Assembly (NCBI GenBank): GCA_020184695.1
Contig: JAANOX010000273.1
Coordinates: 248,001-312,000 of the forward strand
Length of the DNA stretch: 64,000 nucleotides
Origin: Histomonas meleagridis 2922-C6/04-290x
Lineage: Eukaryota; Protista; Parabasalia
Reading direction: 5' to 3'
The notes beneath the pieces are model-generated. The model was given only the letters and a program-made list of their open reading frames with translations. It was not told where the DNA came from and searched no databases. The position numbers were made by a program, and so were the translations under genes. This document shows positions 20,554-33,570 of the stretch, one piece after another (position 1 is the stretch's first letter; each line of letters opens with the position of its first letter).

Positions 20554-23500
20554 TAGGGGGTGCAAAAAGTCCTGACCCCACCCCCTTTTCTTGATATCCT
20601 CTTGATCTAGAAAAATAAATTATATATATAAATAATAACTATAATGTATAAACTCAATGCATGTTTAAATATTTTTAAAAAAATATATTTACATATTGAA
20701 ATATAAGTGATTAAATTTTTTCCCCCATTCAAAATCGTCACTTTTTCCATCACAAAATTTAATGGAAAAGTCGGAGCTCAAAATTGTTGTCAAATATTAT
20801 TTCCTGCAAGGAATGGGATATCGATCAATTTATATGGAAATAAGTACTGATCTCCCTCAATCTAATATCTCATTTTCAAGTGTCAAACGCTGGTGTAAAA
20901 AAAGGACGTGGTCGGATTTTAAACGGTCAAAAATATGTACGTCAATGAAATAATATTTCGCTCACAGCATTATGCTCGATAGATACGAACTTTTCCTTTG
21001 TCAGTAAATCTCCTGCTTCTCCCAATCTATTTTTCTATATTATTTGCATGTTATGATTATGCTTTGTTAGCAATCTGGTTTTTTTCTATTATATCCCACC
21101 AAAACCCATACAAAGTAAAATTTTTGCTTAGCAGATAATATATTTTTACAAATATATTATTTTTATATTAAGTAATAATTCATATTGATTTTTATCATAG
21201 AATTTTCAAGAAATTTTTATTTTAATTTTAAAACATTTTTATTGCGATAAATTAGACCTGAATCAAAAATTTGTCTGACAAATTTCTAGACATTCTTATG
21301 GATTTTATTATTATCAAATATATAATCATAACAATGATTGCATAAGCTTATTAAACATAAATCGCAAAATGATTTTTTTCAACTTTTTATATATTTTACA
21401 TCAAAAAAACCGGCAATGTGATGTGACCACTTGATGGATATTTCACTTTTTCAATGAAATCGCCCGACTTTCCCATTGACGGTTGACAACACTTTTATAT
21501 CAATTTTCGGATTATAGACCATTGTAATTCACAAATTCACAATTCTTACTAATATCAAAGATTGAAGATTATCAAGTTTACTGATGATTTTTACTTTATT
21601 GCATCTTTCTGCTGTGTATGTTTTTTCTCATTTGTGTCATTTAATGCAGTAGCATATCTCATCGAAATATTTCGTCCAACTTTATGTTACCCAATTCGAA
21701 ATCGCGATGACTGAATTCGCCAGCTTTTTGGGTTGTTTTTTGTTTCAAAGTCATCGTTTAGCAATGTGTTTAGTAAATGAATTTCGTTATTATTAAACTC
21801 ATTTTTGCTTTCTAAATTTATGTCTTTTACAAGATCATAAAATTCACATTCACGGGGAAATAAAATTCCAGACATTAGTGAAATTTTATAAGCAATAATT
21901 TTGCATATATCAATTTCGACTTGAGAAAGTATAACCGTTCCCTTCTCAATTTTAGCACATCTAAACATTCTTTTTTCAAATTTTTTTTTATATGAATCTC
22001 CGAGTTCTTTCATGAAGATTACTCGATCGAATGCAAATTCAACGCTTCTACATGTTTGTTCTTTCCCAGCGTGATATCTAATTTAAGAAAATTGATGTTC
22101 AGAAGTTATTGATCCTACTTTAGACATACTAAATGATTCTTTTACTTCTCCTAAAATGTGAATAACAGAAAAAAGCCAATTTGCACAATCAATACACATA
22201 TCCATTGTAAAATATGAACTATAATTTTCCCTATTGTTTTCTTTTTCATCACATTGTAATTTCATCCAACTGTGATGGAAGAGTATAATAAATAAATAAA
22301 TGTATGCCCATTTTATTCTTAGATTTCTTTTTGCATTTTTATCTTTTAGAATTCTTACAATACATAACATTGGTACAATATAAGATAAGATGTGATTTTG
22401 ATTATCTTGAGATTTCATCGAATTGAGAATACCTAATAATGTTTTGCCAGAAAATATATAGTGAGGGTAATAATCGTTCATAGAATCTCTTCCATTGTTT
22501 CTAAACCAATTTGAAGATAATTGAGAATTCATAAGGTTAAGAATATTATAATTAATCACATGAGAATTATATGCGGGATTATTTGTATCATTTTCAAAAG
22601 ACAACTGATCAACTCTACTTGTATAGAGTGTTTTATAGATAACAAGCCTGGATCTTCCTCTTCTGAGGAGATGTGCTACATCACTTGTCCACATTAACAC
22701 TGGTTTATTAATATTCATTACATTTCCATATTTTGATGTTATATATTTTGACCATTCATTATATTGTTCATTAAATTCCTCGCGATACTTAGTATCAGAA
22801 TCAGACCCAATATATTGTATACATATATTAGATTTGATTAATTTTCGAATAACCTTATTTATGGTTCCTACAGGATCAATATTATTTTTTTTACAAGTCA
22901 AAAAAATATGAATTGGAAATGTCTGTAATCTATTAATTGGACAAGCAGAAATAACGTATAATTCTTTTGCAATTTCGTTATGTTTTATCATCTGATCCCA
23001 TAACTGTGAATATGTTTGGTGACATCGTCTGTACTTGTCTGGATATAATACTGTTCTAATATTAACCAATCCATCAACTTGTCCAGTATGATCAATGCAA
23101 ATATCTTTATTCTACCATCATTGCATCTATAGATAACAACATAGTTGAATTTAAAAGTACTTTTTTTTATCAAAATATTCAAGAATTGTTGAAATATTAT
23201 CAATGCTTAAAAAATTATTCTACTTCAAAAATTTTGTATTCTTTTACCATGCAATTATTGAGCTATGTGATGGACCATGAAACATTTTAGTAAAAAAATC
23301 AAAGCATTTTTTTTCAAACATATGAACTTGAATCCAAAACATTTCCAACTCTATATCATAAATAGGTTCCCCACGTTTGAGATTGTCATTCGATTTATTT
23401 CGAACGCTTAAAAGCAAAAGATGAAACATTTTTCTTTGCCCTTCTTGTTATGTTTTCTTTTCTTTTTGTGTTGTGCCTTAATTTTCAGTTTCATTTCTAA

Positions 23501-25344
23501 CTTTATTTATCTCTGCTTTCTTCTTTCGAGCCTCAGCCAGTTGATTTATTTTCTTTACCTTTAGAGGGCGTTTAGATAAATATGTTCCAATAGAGGCTGT
23601 TAGTTGAGCATCACCGGTTTCTTCTGATGAAGGTAATTCGTTTCTTTCTGTTAAATTTATAGAATTAGTTTGGATTAAATCTTGATCTAAAAAACTATTT
23701 TCATTATTTCTTATTTCAATGACGTATTTTTGTTTTAAAATAATTCTACTGAGTTGTAAATCTTGAAGCCAGAAAATCCATCGATTCATACGAGATAAAA
23801 CTGTATTAAATGATCTACCATGAATATTTTCTTCTAAAATTTAATTATTATGCAATAAAGACCAAAAAAGAGCATTATCTTGTTTTTCTGTCCAATTATT
23901 TGATGATTAATTTGTAATTAATGGTATATTAGATATGAGTTTCATAAACAATAATCATGCTTGCTCAAGGCCGAGAGTTGTCAAAGCTTTTACTACATTA
24001 ATTGCTTGAATCCTGCTAAGCTGAATAATAAATTTCAGTTTCAAAAGTTTTTTAAAAGGCATATTAGCCACAACTGAGAAGCATTTTGAATTAATGCAAA
24101 TAAACATTGTCAAATCATGTCTATCTTTGGGAAAATTAGAGTATGGTCTCTGCATCCGTGGAAAAAGATTGTTTCGTAAATCATAAAAAGGGATTACTGA
24201 TTTCGAAGCAACGATCAATTCGTATTGAATTAAATTAAATAAAAACACGTAAATATCTTGTCCAATAATGATTTTAATCCAAAATACTAGAATTAAAAAT
24301 ACTGAATTTATGTATATATTATATTATATTTTAATTATAATTAATTTTATCAGAGAATGCGACCTGACCACGTCCTGTAAAAAATTTTCAAATGACCTAA
24401 GTTGTAATGATTTACCAAGGAGTGGAAGGCCTATAATTAATATAATTGATCAATTCAGAGAAATGCTTGAAGAACAACCATTCTTATCCGCATAATATAT
24501 TGCAGCAGAACTAGGTCATTCATCAAATTGTATTAAATCTGTTTTAATTAATGACCTTGGTTTAAAAAAGTATCGAAGAAGGTGGATCACCCATATGCTA
24601 TCCGAGAACTATATGAAAAAAAGGGTCGAGTATTCCAAATAAATTTTAGAAGAATTGATCAAAGCCAGAAAAAACTTATTTAATACAATTATGACTGGTG
24701 ACGAGTCGTGGTTCTTTTATGAATATGAATATAGAGAAATGTATGATGAATCACGTGATCAGGTGCCACCGATAGTATCTAAGAAAATTCAATCCAAAAA
24801 AACAATGATTACAATTTTCTTCAATGGGACGAAAATGCTATGTATTGATACATTACCTCCTAATTGAAAATTTAATCAACAATACTTCATTGATTATATT
24901 ATTCCACAATTTCATGAAAATGTTGACTATGACAAGAAGCAGCCACATTTGTAAAACATAAAGATACATATGGATAACACCCCAATTCATAATGGGTCAC
25001 TTGTTACTCAAAAATTAAGAGAAGAAAAAATTAATAGAATCCCTCACCCACATTATTCACTAGATATAAGCCAATGCGATTTTTGGTTTTTTGGAATGGC
25101 AAAGGAAAACCTAAAGGGTGTGGATATAAATTCAGAAGAAGATTTAAAAAATGAAATTATACGCATATTCGACGGTGTCACTTATGAAGAGCTTCAAATG
25201 ATGTTTGAAGCATGGATAAAAAGACTTGAATGGGTGATTGAGAATCAATGATAGTACTTCCATAACTTATAAGTTAATTAAAAAAATATATCTTTTTTAT
25301 TCATCGAAAAACAGGGGTTGTGTCAGAACTTTTTGCACCCCCTA
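20554..25344 (+). mobile_element. mariner (DD34D) transposon interrupted by a nested 3.5-kb element
   Basis: TA target duplication; 31-bp TIRs TAGGGGGTGCAAAAAGT... with 3 mismatches. Transposase N-terminus at 20762 resumes at 24377 (CKKFSNDLSCNDLPRSGRP); TGDESW, MDNTPIH and YSLDISQCDFWFF with D34D spacing. Confidence 0.95.
20903..24376 (-). mobile_element. P-element/THAP9-like DNA transposon (degenerate)
   Basis: 8-bp TSD GTAAAAAA (20895-20902, 24377-24384) and 11-bp TIR AGGACGTGGTC. Minus-strand frames give LLSIDAMM, YIGSDSD, SDVAHLLRRGRSRL (DxxH motif) and VGSITSEHQFS. Confidence 0.75.
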
Positions 25345-25879
25345 TAAGTAACAAATGAATATTCATGCACAGAGCTACTTGGATGGCGAATTCATTACTC
25401 TCTAAGATTTTTCATTCTATAATCAAATGAGAAATGATATTCATTAAAATTTGCCATCAAAAGGTAAATAGCAGGTTATTTATACAATGATAGTTCGAAA
25501 ATTTCTAATCTATATTTTGGCCAAAAATTGAAAGCTCGAGCTAAACTTTTGGAGATTGCACTAAAAATTACAATTTCTGAAATCAAAAGCGAAAAATGTA
25601 GATCTTTCTGGGACCACATGATGTTTTTTATGCCTCAACCAAGATAATATCTAAACAATTTTTACAATAAATTTTTGAGTTTTTCGAAAGCGTTTTTTCA
25701 TATATTAACCGCTGGATTATTTTCGCGACCGTTTTGATTTTTTTCGTAACCGTTTCGAAAATGCTGTATCTCCGCTAATTTTTACTAATTCAATATTTAT
25801 CCTTAACACACTGAAAATTTCACATTTAGCAATCGAAAACTTAAATAGAAATCGCAAAAATTTTTAATAATAATTTTTT

Positions 25880-28744
25880 TCACTTGTTTTGTTCATTTTC
25901 GATTACCTTCATTATCTCTTTAATATTTTTAATCTTAAACTTTTTATCCATTTTATTGTACATTACAATTTCTGTTCCCTCATTTTTTCTTTTTGCGAAC
26001 TCAACTTTCATTAAATTATCGGCATCACTCATCACCATAATTATAACCTTTAATTGCTCTATATCTACTTGTGAATTTTCTAGTGTATTTTTCCAATTAA
26101 TTTTCATTTTCATTTCCATTTCATTTTCGATTAACTTTCTAATGAATCCCAGTACAGCTTTAGCGAATTTATATTCCAAATCGAAAAGTTTCTTAACAAA
26201 ATCCATAATAAGTTTAAACACTTCATCATCTTCGACTTTAAAGTTTAAAAACATATTTAAACTTATCGCGAAATCGGAATTATTTGAATATTTTTGTTTC
26301 CCTTCGATATCTATTTCTATTTTTTCGGAGTTAATTCGACAAATTATTGATACATAAGGTGCGCGTTTATCGAGAACTGAAACTATTTCTTTTGTATCAT
26401 CATTATGTTTAAACTTATTAAATCCGACTTCTTTCATTCTTTTCATTCTTTTAAAGAATTGTTCAATACAAAAACGTAATTTCTTTGTTTGAGAAACATG
26501 TAATTTAATAGTAAAATGACTTAATTGAGTATAATTAAAAGGAAAATTATTTAAAGGAATTTGTAAAATTGAACTACAAAAAATTCCAGGAACAGTTAAT
26601 TGGAATTGTCGTGAAGGTCTAATAGTAACATTAATAGTATATTTCTTCTTATATATTACAAAGAATGAACTATTAAAACGTATTGATACTATTGACCAAT
26701 CATTGTTTGATACATTATTTGTAAATTCATTATTAAAAACAGTAAATGGAATAAAACTTGAATTAATAAATGAAGCAAAATTATAAGTAACTTGTGGTAA
26801 TTGTTTAATATGATATAAATGATTCTTTAATTGACAATATGGAGTTAACATAAATACTACATCAGGTGTGCCAAATCCACTATGTAAATATTCATTTAAA
26901 TTTAAAGTTGTTAAATTATTTAATGAGACACCAATAATAGGCGAATCATTATGTAATAAATATATTAAAAAACTTACATTATTAATTGCATCTATTCGAG
27001 AAATTGATGTACGCATTACACATGTTTCATGTGCTTGTCGAAGTATTTGATTATATTTACGTACATTAGAAATTAAACCAAAAAGCCATGAAATATGTCT
27101 TAATGTAATATTTCGACCCTTAATAAAGAAATTCGACTTTGCACCATCAAAAAAGAATTTCATAAAATTAATTCTCCAACTTAAAAATGGTAATAAATTT
27201 ATACGAAGTAAATCAAAATCAGGAACTTTAAAAGTAAAAATATGATTTTGTCGTTTAAAACATATATTATGTTTTGTAAGTTCCAATTGTAATTGTAATT
27301 GTAACATATTATGTTTAATAATCGAAGAAATATTTGGTTCAAGTTGTATAAGTGAATTACTAAAAACTATTTTTCCATTTTGTGTTAACAATAAAATTTG
27401 TGGATGAAAATTAATAAGTTCAAACTTTAAATGATAATCAGGTGCAAAAGGAAATTTAAAAACAAGTTTTAATATATTATATATTGATATAATATTTGTT
27501 GAAATATATCTTCCAAATATTATATGAATATATGAAGTAAATAGTATTGATTTAGTGACTAAAAGTTTTTCATTTTCAGTTCCTTCAATTGATGAAATTA
27601 ATTCATTTTCTTTAATTTTGATTTTACTAAATTGTTTAACTTTAATTTTATGTTTATGCTCATAGAAACAAAATGTAATAATTCCATATAATTTAATATA
27701 AATTATTGTATTAATTAATGTTACCTCTAAATTTGGATATTGATTTGATGAGAAAAATTTTTGTAATGATTTATATATTCGAATTAATACATTTTGATGA
27801 AGAAGATTCATTACATTTTCTATTAATTCATCGATTTTTTCTGTTTCATTTGTAATATCTTTGAAAAAAATTTGACTCTCTTGACTTTCAAACGAAAAAT
27901 ACATTGGTTGGCAGGACATAAATAGGATTTTATCACTTGTTTTTTGGATAATAAATTCATTGGATTCACGAAATTCATTAAAATATATTGAAATTTTACT
28001 TCCTTTTAAATTTAAGAGAAATGTGTTCTTTGATAAATCTTTTAATTGTGAATAAATACCTAAAAAGGTCCCATGGATTTTAAGTTTGTTTAATGCTGCA
28101 TATGCACTCATAATTGGAGATTTTGTAATTTTGATTAAATTATTTAAATATTTTACATATGAGGCATGTATGGTGGTATTAACATTTTTTGGCCATGGAA
28201 CACTGAATCTTTGAAGCTTACGACCCCCATTTTTAGATATTTTAAGTTCAAGAAGAATTTGATCATGAAATGAAATCTTTATTTTATTCTTTTCAATGGC
28301 ACAAGATTGCAGAAAATGTGAGTTAGAAGATTGAAAAAAATCCATAAGATCCCATATTATAAAAAGAAGATCTTGATAATTTTGAAAAACATTGAATTTC
28401 TTTTTTTTGGTTATACAAAAATTAGGAATAACTCTGTTGTCAGAACTTAAATAATTGGCACTCTTTAAAATAGATTCGATATAAAATTTACTTGGAATTT
28501 GATTTATCATTTGAGAATTAAAATGGGTTTTCCAAATTTTATGTAAGATATGATATCTATAGAGAACTAAGAAGTTTGCAAAACGTGCTCTTGCTTTAAA
28601 TAAAGATGACATAAATGCAATTCGAGCATTTCGATAATTTTTTTGACGCATTAATTCCCTACTCGTCCTTTCAGTTTTAAGAAGCGCTTTATGTAAAATA
28701 TAGGATAGCTCAACACCACCTCCGTTCTGGTGGTTTGCTTCCAT
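25880..28744 (-). CDS. Host protein, 954 aa, putative Mediator subunit Med14/Rgr1-like
   Basis: Intact long ORF. N-terminal VELSYILHKAL...KARARFANFLVLYRY resembles the Med14 N-terminal domain; recognition from memory only. Confidence 0.45.
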   Translation of the reverse strand: MEANHQNGGGVELSYILHKALLKTERTSRELMRQKNYRNARIAFMSSLFKARARFANFLVLYRYHILHKIWKTHFNSQMINQIPSKFYIESILKSANYLSSDNRVIPNFCITKKKKFNVFQNYQDLLFIIWDLMDFFQSSNSHFLQSCAIEKNKIKISFHDQILLELKISKNGGRKLQRFSVPWPKNVNTTIHASYVKYLNNLIKITKSPIMSAYAALNKLKIHGTFLGIYSQLKDLSKNTFLLNLKGSKISIYFNEFRESNEFIIQKTSDKILFMSCQPMYFSFESQESQIFFKDITNETEKIDELIENVMNLLHQNVLIRIYKSLQKFFSSNQYPNLEVTLINTIIYIKLYGIITFCFYEHKHKIKVKQFSKIKIKENELISSIEGTENEKLLVTKSILFTSYIHIIFGRYISTNIISIYNILKLVFKFPFAPDYHLKFELINFHPQILLLTQNGKIVFSNSLIQLEPNISSIIKHNMLQLQLQLELTKHNICFKRQNHIFTFKVPDFDLLRINLLPFLSWRINFMKFFFDGAKSNFFIKGRNITLRHISWLFGLISNVRKYNQILRQAHETCVMRTSISRIDAINNVSFLIYLLHNDSPIIGVSLNNLTTLNLNEYLHSGFGTPDVVFMLTPYCQLKNHLYHIKQLPQVTYNFASFINSSFIPFTVFNNEFTNNVSNNDWSIVSIRFNSSFFVIYKKKYTINVTIRPSRQFQLTVPGIFCSSILQIPLNNFPFNYTQLSHFTIKLHVSQTKKLRFCIEQFFKRMKRMKEVGFNKFKHNDDTKEIVSVLDKRAPYVSIICRINSEKIEIDIEGKQKYSNNSDFAISLNMFLNFKVEDDEVFKLIMDFVKKLFDLEYKFAKAVLGFIRKLIENEMEMKMKINWKNTLENSQVDIEQLKVIIMVMSDADNLMKVEFAKRKNEGTEIVMYNKMDKKFKIKNIKEIMKVIENEQNK

Positions 28745-30449
28745 AGAATTTTTGTTCTAATATATTAAAAATTTCAATACGATAAGAGGCGTTAGTAGCA
28801 ATTTTGGATAAATAAACGGTCGTTTTTACATTTCGAAATGTCGATAAATTTATAAGCATTATGTTTTGTGGTAGAAAGAATATTTTGATTCGCTTGTATT
28901 TAAAAAGCAAACTATTCTGAATTGTCAGCCATATTATCTTCATTTTTTTTCGAATATAAATTTCTGTAAAGCTTCTATTTTTTTTTTAAGATTTTCATAT
29001 TTTAATTGAAATAAATATATTTTCAGACATACATACAGCTGCAAACAGCTGTTTTCTATAATTGTCACATATTATTGATATTAATGCTGATAATGCTCCT
29101 TGTTACCATGCTTTATTAAAAAAAAATAAAAAAATGAATATCGTCCTCTATAACATGCAACATGTTGCATGAAATTCATATTCTGATTTTTTTTGAATAT
29201 GATAAATGCAACCATTTTATCATGAGTAATAGTAATTTCTTCTTTATGTATCAAATTTATCATTACCTTAGAATATTCATATTCCGGATCAGTCCATCAT
29301 ATTTATATTTGATTCCGGTCGTTGAAACATTTGCTGATGATATTATGTCAGCTTCAGCAATTAATTTCTCCATTTATAAACATTTATAATTTTACAAATA
29401 AATTAAGCAATAGATTTTGATTTTTCTTGATAATTGTGAACGATTTATTTTTTATCATAAAGTTGCCATCATTGTTCGTAATATATTAAGAAACGATTGC
29501 ATTCAGTCAATTTTTTTTTTCATCAAAAAACACTTCATAAATTCAAAAAGTGCTATGGCCATACCAATCTCCACCTAATCCTTTACAATTTGCTTATTAT
29601 TATATTTCGATATATGGACTATCTTTAGTATCAATGGCATCATATCTTATTATATGTATGAAGTATAGTTATAGATAAAATCGTCTATCGAATTATTTCA
29701 ATATTTCATCAATCTCTACTGGTGTTAATTAACTTGAAGGGTCAGGAAGTGAAATGTTCTTGTAGTCGTACTATATAATATTTCCATGTCTATTTCACAC
29801 TCCATTAAAATGACAGACCACAACCTTGCATAAAGCAGCTATCTTTGAAAAAATAGGCCAATTTATAACTATCAGAATTTATTGCATTTAATGATCATGC
29901 CCTCATGAGCCATTGCATCATCTCAATGTCAAATTAATAAAACCAAAAGTTTTGTTGTCATGATAAAGATGCATAAACAAATAAATTAATTGAAAGTGAA
30001 GAATGGATCATAAAAAAAAATATAGATAAAAATCATCTCATGAAATCATATTAGAGAAAAAAATATACAAGAACAATACTATATCAACTTGAATTTTTGG
30101 GTACATGTATTGCTGATTGCTTATATTTTTCTCGATCCGCAAAAATAAATGTACGGAATTGAGAAGCTTATGAATGTAATGTCGAAAAAATGTTTTTCAA
30201 ATGAGTAAATGTTTGTATTTTTAGATTATTTATTATTCCTTAAGGGGAGAATCCGACTCATGATTATTTTCATACAGAGTGCATTTTCAGAATGAATATT
30301 CAATGAAAAAATTCAATTATATAATCTGCAAATCATTCAATAATATATTCTTTATAAAATATTAGAAAAATAATTTTTAAATAACCAATCAGCTCCTCGA
30401 TTTTAATTTCTATGTAAATGCCAAAAATAATCATAAATTATCATTAATA

Positions 30450-31733
30450 CAGGGGGGTGAAAAAGTACCCGACCCACCCCTGAAATTCTTTATTAAGAAT
30501 GAATTAAAACATAAAATGGTATTTATATATAAGTATAAACTTTTGTGTATTTAAGTATATAAAAATTTTTAAAAAATATAAATTCAGTAAAAAGTTATAT
30601 ACGTTTAAATTTTCGAACGTTTAAAATACATGGTATTATGTCTATTGAGCAAAGGTATGTCATTCATTTTCTAATGCTACAAGGCCAAGGTTGCAGGAAA
30701 ATCAAAAAGCAATTAGATGAAACGTATAAGGAGGAAGCATACTCTGAAACCCAAATAAAATATTGAATTAGAAGCTGGAACTAGGGTAGAACCACAGGCG
30801 AAGATCTCCCAAGGAGTGGAAGGCCAAAAATCGATATTAAGAAATTAATATTAAATTTTCTCAATGATGAACCTTATGCATCAACCAAGGTAATGGCAAA
30901 AGCTTTCCACGTTGATAGATTTGTTGTTAAGAGAAACTTATTAGAAATGAATTATAATAAATATTCAAAAAAATGGATTCCTCATTTACTCACTAATGAA
31001 CAAAAATTAAAAAGGGTCCAAGAATCAGAAGAACTTTTAAAGATACTTAAGGCAGATGAACCAACCAATTTTGCCGATATTATTACTGGTGATGAAAGTT
31101 GGTTAAATATGCATTATGATTATGCCTTTCAATGGGCACCAAATCCAGATTCTGTTACACCAAGGTTGAGACAAAGTATCAATACATAAAAAAGGATGAT
31201 TACAATATTCTTTACTGGTGTTGGCCTTGTAACAGTTAAGATTTTAGATCCGAGTTTAAAATTTAATTCAACACATTTTTGTGGATGCATTTTATCCAAC
31301 ATCGTCAAAAATGGACGAATTGGTACTAGAAAGAAAAAAGTTAAGGGCATGTTTATTCAAATGGACAACTGTCGCATTCATAATTCAAAAGTGATTACTG
31401 ATTGTATAAAAAAAAGCGGACTAATAAGAGCACCCAATCCGCCATATTCCCCCGATATTGCACCAAGTGACTTCTGGTTTTTCGGATACTCGAAAAACAA
31501 GTACGCAGGTAAATCATTTCACAATGAAAAAGAGTTAAAAAGTGCCATCAAAGAAATATGGGACAATCTTACTTTCGAAGACCTTCAAAATGTGTTCCAT
31601 GAATGGATTAACCGATTGGAAGATGTCATTAGAAATAATGGTGAATACATTAATTAAAAACATTAACTATATTGATTAATATTAAGATTTGAGCATTTTT
31701 GAGGGGTGGGTTGGGTACTTTTTCACCCCCCTG
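30450..31733 (+). mobile_element. Full-length mariner (DD34D), 1,284 bp, transposase inactivated
   Basis: TA TSD; 31-bp TIR CAGGGGGGTGAAAAAGTACCC(G/A)ACCCACCCC with 1 mismatch. ATG at ~30639; TGDESW, MDNCRIH and YSPDIAPSDFWFF; in-frame stops near 30765 and 31188. Confidence 0.95.
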
Positions 31734-32509
31734 TATAAATACAAGTTCAAAATGTTTTTGCTAATATATATGAAAATAAATAATTCAATTTAATTGACGT
31801 CTATCATACCTAATATGCTATGATTTATCTGTGAATTATACCAACAGCGAAGTGTGGACTTCAATTCTTATCATTGGAATGGAGTATCAATTTTTTTATA
31901 CATCTCATTTAGTCAGATTATGTTCTTTATCTACATTAACAATCATATTCATATTCATTACCAATTATATTCATATTCATCTCTCACTTCATTACCAATA
32001 ATATTCATATCTATTACCAAATATTCGATTTGTTAATAATGTTTCGAAAATTAAAAAGGATTTTTTTATTTCAGATCTTCATTTATTATTTTCATCAGTT
32101 TTTTCCTTTCTGGACATATACTCAATAACCTTTCCTATGGCAAAAACTGCATTTAGGATTACGTTTTCGCTTACAAAATTTGGAATCGACCACTAATGAT
32201 GGGAATGTAGGTTGAGCTTGAGGAATAAGCATCATTTTTTTGCATTTGAATCAATTTCAACTTCATTCTCATTATTATTAATCTTAATTATAAAATTAAA
32301 AAAGCAGCCACCAAGTTTTTATGTATGTAACTTACAGCGAATTCAATGTATGAAGGTTGTAATCGATGGGTTTTTGAATCGAAAACGCAATATGGATAAA
32401 ACATTTTATTTGATTCATCGATTATGAATTATGGAAAAGAAGGCTTAAGCCTACATGTAGTTTGATGTAGAAAATAATCGTAACTTTATATCTATTATAA
32501 TTAATCTTA

Positions 32510-32940
32510 AAGTATTGTAGAAAAAGAAAAACTGGGAAGAATTTGGTGATTTGTCAGTGTATACAAGAAAAAAATCGAGTGAAGATGATTATTATAAAAA
32601 TCTGATGAATGATATAAAGACTCTAAATATAGAACAATTAGAAGCAAAATTTTCAAAACAAATGATCATACATAGATCGCAAATAGAAAAGGTTAGACAA
32701 GACAGTATGCTAAGAACCGCGGCTGAAAATGGGAGATTTAAGAGATAAAAATGTATGGATTTATGGAGCAACTGTAGTCGGTAAATCAATATGGGTCCAT
32801 CAAGTGAGTGCATTAAAGATTTACTTAAAGGCCTACAATAAATAGTGATGGGTATATACATGGAGATCATAAGATAGTTTGTAATGACGATTTTCCGCGG
32901 AAAGGAGACGCTTTAATTCCATATGAAAATTTGGGCCGTA
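32510..32940 (+). pseudogene. rep: Endogenous CRESS-DNA virus Rep fragment A (motif III to mid SF3 helicase)
   Basis: YCRK (32513), then KNVWIYGATVVGKS (Walker A), K*xDGY, IVCNDDF (Walker B) and KIWA across frameshifts. Confidence 0.75.
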
Positions 32941-33097
32941 TGTACTTTTTTTGAAAGAAATTAATTTTTATCGAAGATCAAGATAATCTATACCTAAAAT
33001 CAGATTTTTTGAATTAAATAAACAATTCATATGACTCAATGAGGTTATATAAAGTAGAAAAAACTAAAAAGATGCTTGATGAAGTAGTGAGGATGTA

Positions 33098-33570
33098 ATG
33101 ATTAAGTTTACAGAAAAATATCCAATTCAATTATTTAATACGAAAAATAATCTGCTCCAATGGAAATTCGATCATACACCAAGCCTTCAACCATTAAAAA
33201 AGGTAATTTACAAGATAATAACTTTCGGATTTGGGGACCAGCAAGGACAGGTAAATCAAGAGAACAAACAGATTCTGATAAAATTTGGATTAAATGGCAA
33301 AACAAATGGTGGTACGGTTACGAAAACGAAAAATATTATTTAATAATTATTTAAGATATTAACAAAAAAAAATCTAGAATTCTAACTGGCCATATTAAAG
33401 TATGGTGTGATATATATGTTTAGCCGAAAAGTGAAAGGTGGTGCAATCAAAGTAAACGCAGGAAAGTTTTCCTTCATCGTGACATCATATCACAGTATAG
33501 AGAATTGTTTCAAGATCCGGAAGACTTAGCTGCAATAGAGGACAGATTCAAAAAAAATAAAAATTGATAG
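33098..33570 (+). pseudogene. rep: Endogenous CRESS-DNA virus Rep fragment B (SF3 helicase domain)
   Basis: IWGPARTGKS, NKWWYGY, VKGG, FIVTS and EDLAAIEDRF (arginine-finger region) across frameshifts. Confidence 0.8.

Noticed and set aside
20894-24384. MULE with a 9-bp TSD (TGTAAAAAA)
   Set aside because: An 8-bp TSD with an 11-bp TIR explains both junctions with no leftover base, and the transposase motifs are P-like.
25884-26357. Antisense shadow ORFs (also 772-963, 1836-2075, 4066-4272, 15074-15304, 35234-35993, 47335-47993 and similar)
   Set aside because: They overlap better-supported genes on the opposite strand or frame and have F/L/I/S-rich composition typical of AT-rich antisense reading.
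28790-28815. Intron branch point TACTAAC upstream of the Med14-like ORF (minus strand)
   Set aside because: No AG at the short fixed distance typical of parabasalid introns, and no convincing 5' splice site.
30639-31657. Stop-codon reassignment suggested by TGA/TAA at Trp/Gln/Lys positions in TE and viral relics
   Set aside because: Long host genes are fully open and end in standard stops; in-frame stops are confined to decayed elements.
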